Below, one piece after another: positions 62,679-64,000 of a stretch of DNA of 64,000 nucleotides. Under the pieces are notes generated by a model that did not search any database, had not been told where the DNA came from, and saw only the letters and a list, made by a program, of their open reading frames with translations. Numbering within the stretch: position 1 is the stretch's first letter; each line of letters starts with the position of its first letter. The position numbers and the translations under genes are program-made. The DNA is from Candidatus Bathyarchaeota archaeon (GTDB taxonomy: Archaea; Thermoproteota; Bathyarchaeia; Bathyarchaeales; Bathycorpusculaceae): assembly GCA_963826715.1 (NCBI GenBank), contig CAWGYA010000008.1, positions 96,001 to 160,000 of the forward strand. The letters are read 5' to 3'.

Positions 62679-62842
62679 TCAACAACCGCTTCTCTATTTT
62701 TATTTTCTTCCAAAATCGCTTCTCTTAGCTTTTCGGTCCTTTCGGCTTCATCAACAAAGCCAAAATGCCTGTATGATTGGGGATTCACATTGGCGGTCAT
62801 AAGCCGTTGATCATCAAGTATTACTTTTCCGCCTACACTCAA
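62675..62842 (-). CDS. 55-aa hypothetical protein in the urease operon
   Basis: Manual translation MSVGGKVILDDQRLMTANVNPQSYRHFGFVDEAERTEKLREAILEENKNREAVVE; TTGA overlap upstream, ATGA overlap with ureE. Confidence 0.55.
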   Translation of the reverse strand: MSVGGKVILDDQRLMTANVNPQSYRHFGFVDEAERTEKLREAILEENKNREAVVE

Positions 62843-63069
62843 ACCATCTGCAACGTAGACTTTTCTAATAGATGTTTTGGAAAATCTATATTTAAATGAG
62901 TTTGTTGGTCAATCCAACCTGAAAGATTTGAAATTTTAAGAGCCGTAATTTCTCCATGCTTAACTTTTTTGGGATCAATAACTTCCCCATTTTTCACGTT
63001 AGAAATAGATGTAAAATGTCTAATCAAATTAATCGTTGCTCCAACAAAAAAGGATGGAAGACTCAGCAT
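62839..63069 (-). CDS. 76-aa hypothetical protein in the urease operon
   Basis: ATG immediately follows the ureC stop (TAGATG). Confidence 0.5.
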   Translation of the reverse strand: MLSLPSFFVGATINLIRHFTSISNVKNGEVIDPKKVKHGEITALKISNLSGWIDQQTHLNIDFPKHLLEKSTLQMV

Positions 63070-64000
63070 CTACACCAAATGGTAGAGCTGAGTTAATGGT
63101 AGTTCTTTTGCAGGTTCACAAGTTGCCGGCTTGCCATTGAATGTTACTTTGTATGTTTCGGGGTCGATTTTTATTTCGCCAAGGGTGCTGTTCCGTATCA
63201 TGTGTTGTTTGCCCAAGTTTCTTACGTTGTATACTGGTAGAACTTGGCGTTTTATGCCGTATTTTTCTTTGATGCCGTTTTCCATTGCTAGTTTTGAAGT
63301 GAATAGTGCAGATGTTGTTGATCTTGCTAACCCGAATCCGCCAAACATTGGTCTGAAGAAGACTGGTTCAACTGGTGGAACTGAAGCATTGGGGTCGCCC
63401 ATCATTGCGTAGGCTATGAATCCTCCTTTGAAAACTATGTTTGGTTTTGCTCCGAAGAATCTGGGATCCCATAATACTATGTCAGCCATTTTTCCTTTTT
63501 CAAGACTGCCTACATAATCGGAAACGCCGTTTGTTATTGCAGGGTTTATGTTTAGCTTAGCTAAGTATCTCAAAACTCTAAAGTTGTCGTTTCCTGGAGC
63601 GTCTTCAGGCAGTTTGCCAAATTGGGCTTTCATTTTGTGTGCAGTCTGCCAGCATCTGGTTGAAACTTCTCCGGTTCTGCCCATTGCTTGGCTGTCTGCT
63701 GAATACATGCTTAGAATGCCCCAATCGTGGAATACGTCTTCTGCAGCTATTGTTTCAGCTCTGATTCTTGATTCGGCAAATGCTACATCTTCGGGGACTT
63801 TGGGATTGAGATGGTGAGTGACCATGACCATGTCAAGATGTTCATCTAAAGTGTTTACAGTATAAGGTCTTGTTGGATTTGTCGATGAGGGTAATGCATT
63901 GGGTTCTCCAGCAATTTTCATAATATCCGGAGCATGCCCTCCACCTGCGCCTTCCGTGTGGTATGTGTGAACTGTTCTCCCATCTATCGCGTCTATGGAA
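63070..64000 (-). CDS. ureC: Urease alpha subunit (3' part; start lies outside the window)
   Basis: [52 protein letters not shown]. Confidence 0.98.
   Translation of the reverse strand, partial: SIDAIDGRTVHTYHTEGAGGGHAPDIMKIAGEPNALPSSTNPTRPYTVNTLDEHLDMVMVTHHLNPKVPEDVAFAESRIRAETIAAEDVFHDWGILSMYSADSQAMGRTGEVSTRCWQTAHKMKAQFGKLPEDAPGNDNFRVLRYLAKLNINPAITNGVSDYVGSLEKGKMADIVLWDPRFFGAKPNIVFKGGFIAYAMMGDPNASVPPVEPVFFRPMFGGFGLARSTTSALFTSKLAMENGIKEKYGIKRQVLPVYNVRNLGKQHMIRNSTLGEIKIDPETYKVTFNGKPATCEPAKELPLTQLYHLV

Overview
Archaeal chromosomal segment. Gene content (A-type ATP synthase, large secreted PQQ-like beta-propeller proteins, tandem double Lrp/AsnC regulators, archaeal Trm11 and MtaB) suggests Bathyarchaeia; this assignment is inference. 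Left to right it holds: an AT-rich surface-glycosylation cluster (1-14100); a complete A1AO ATP synthase cluster in which subunit I is on the opposite strand and a Usp plus a 51-aa ORF sit before subunit K (14200-23500); a structured non-coding stretch and tRNA-Gln (25500-26280); three membrane-anchored beta-propeller genes, one frameshifted, with regulators (26500-39100); tRNA-Arg and a decayed island with a hairpin/pseudoknot-rich segment (41150-43750); a lysine 2,3-aminomutase paired with an EctA-type rather than AblB-type acetyltransferase (45000-46990); housekeeping genes; an aquaporin; and the 3' part of a urease operon with two unexplained, tightly coupled small ORFs. The strongest candidate for an undescribed system is the ablA + ectA-like operon, a probable hybrid beta-lysine osmolyte pathway. 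All family assignments come from motif recognition by eye; no database search was run.
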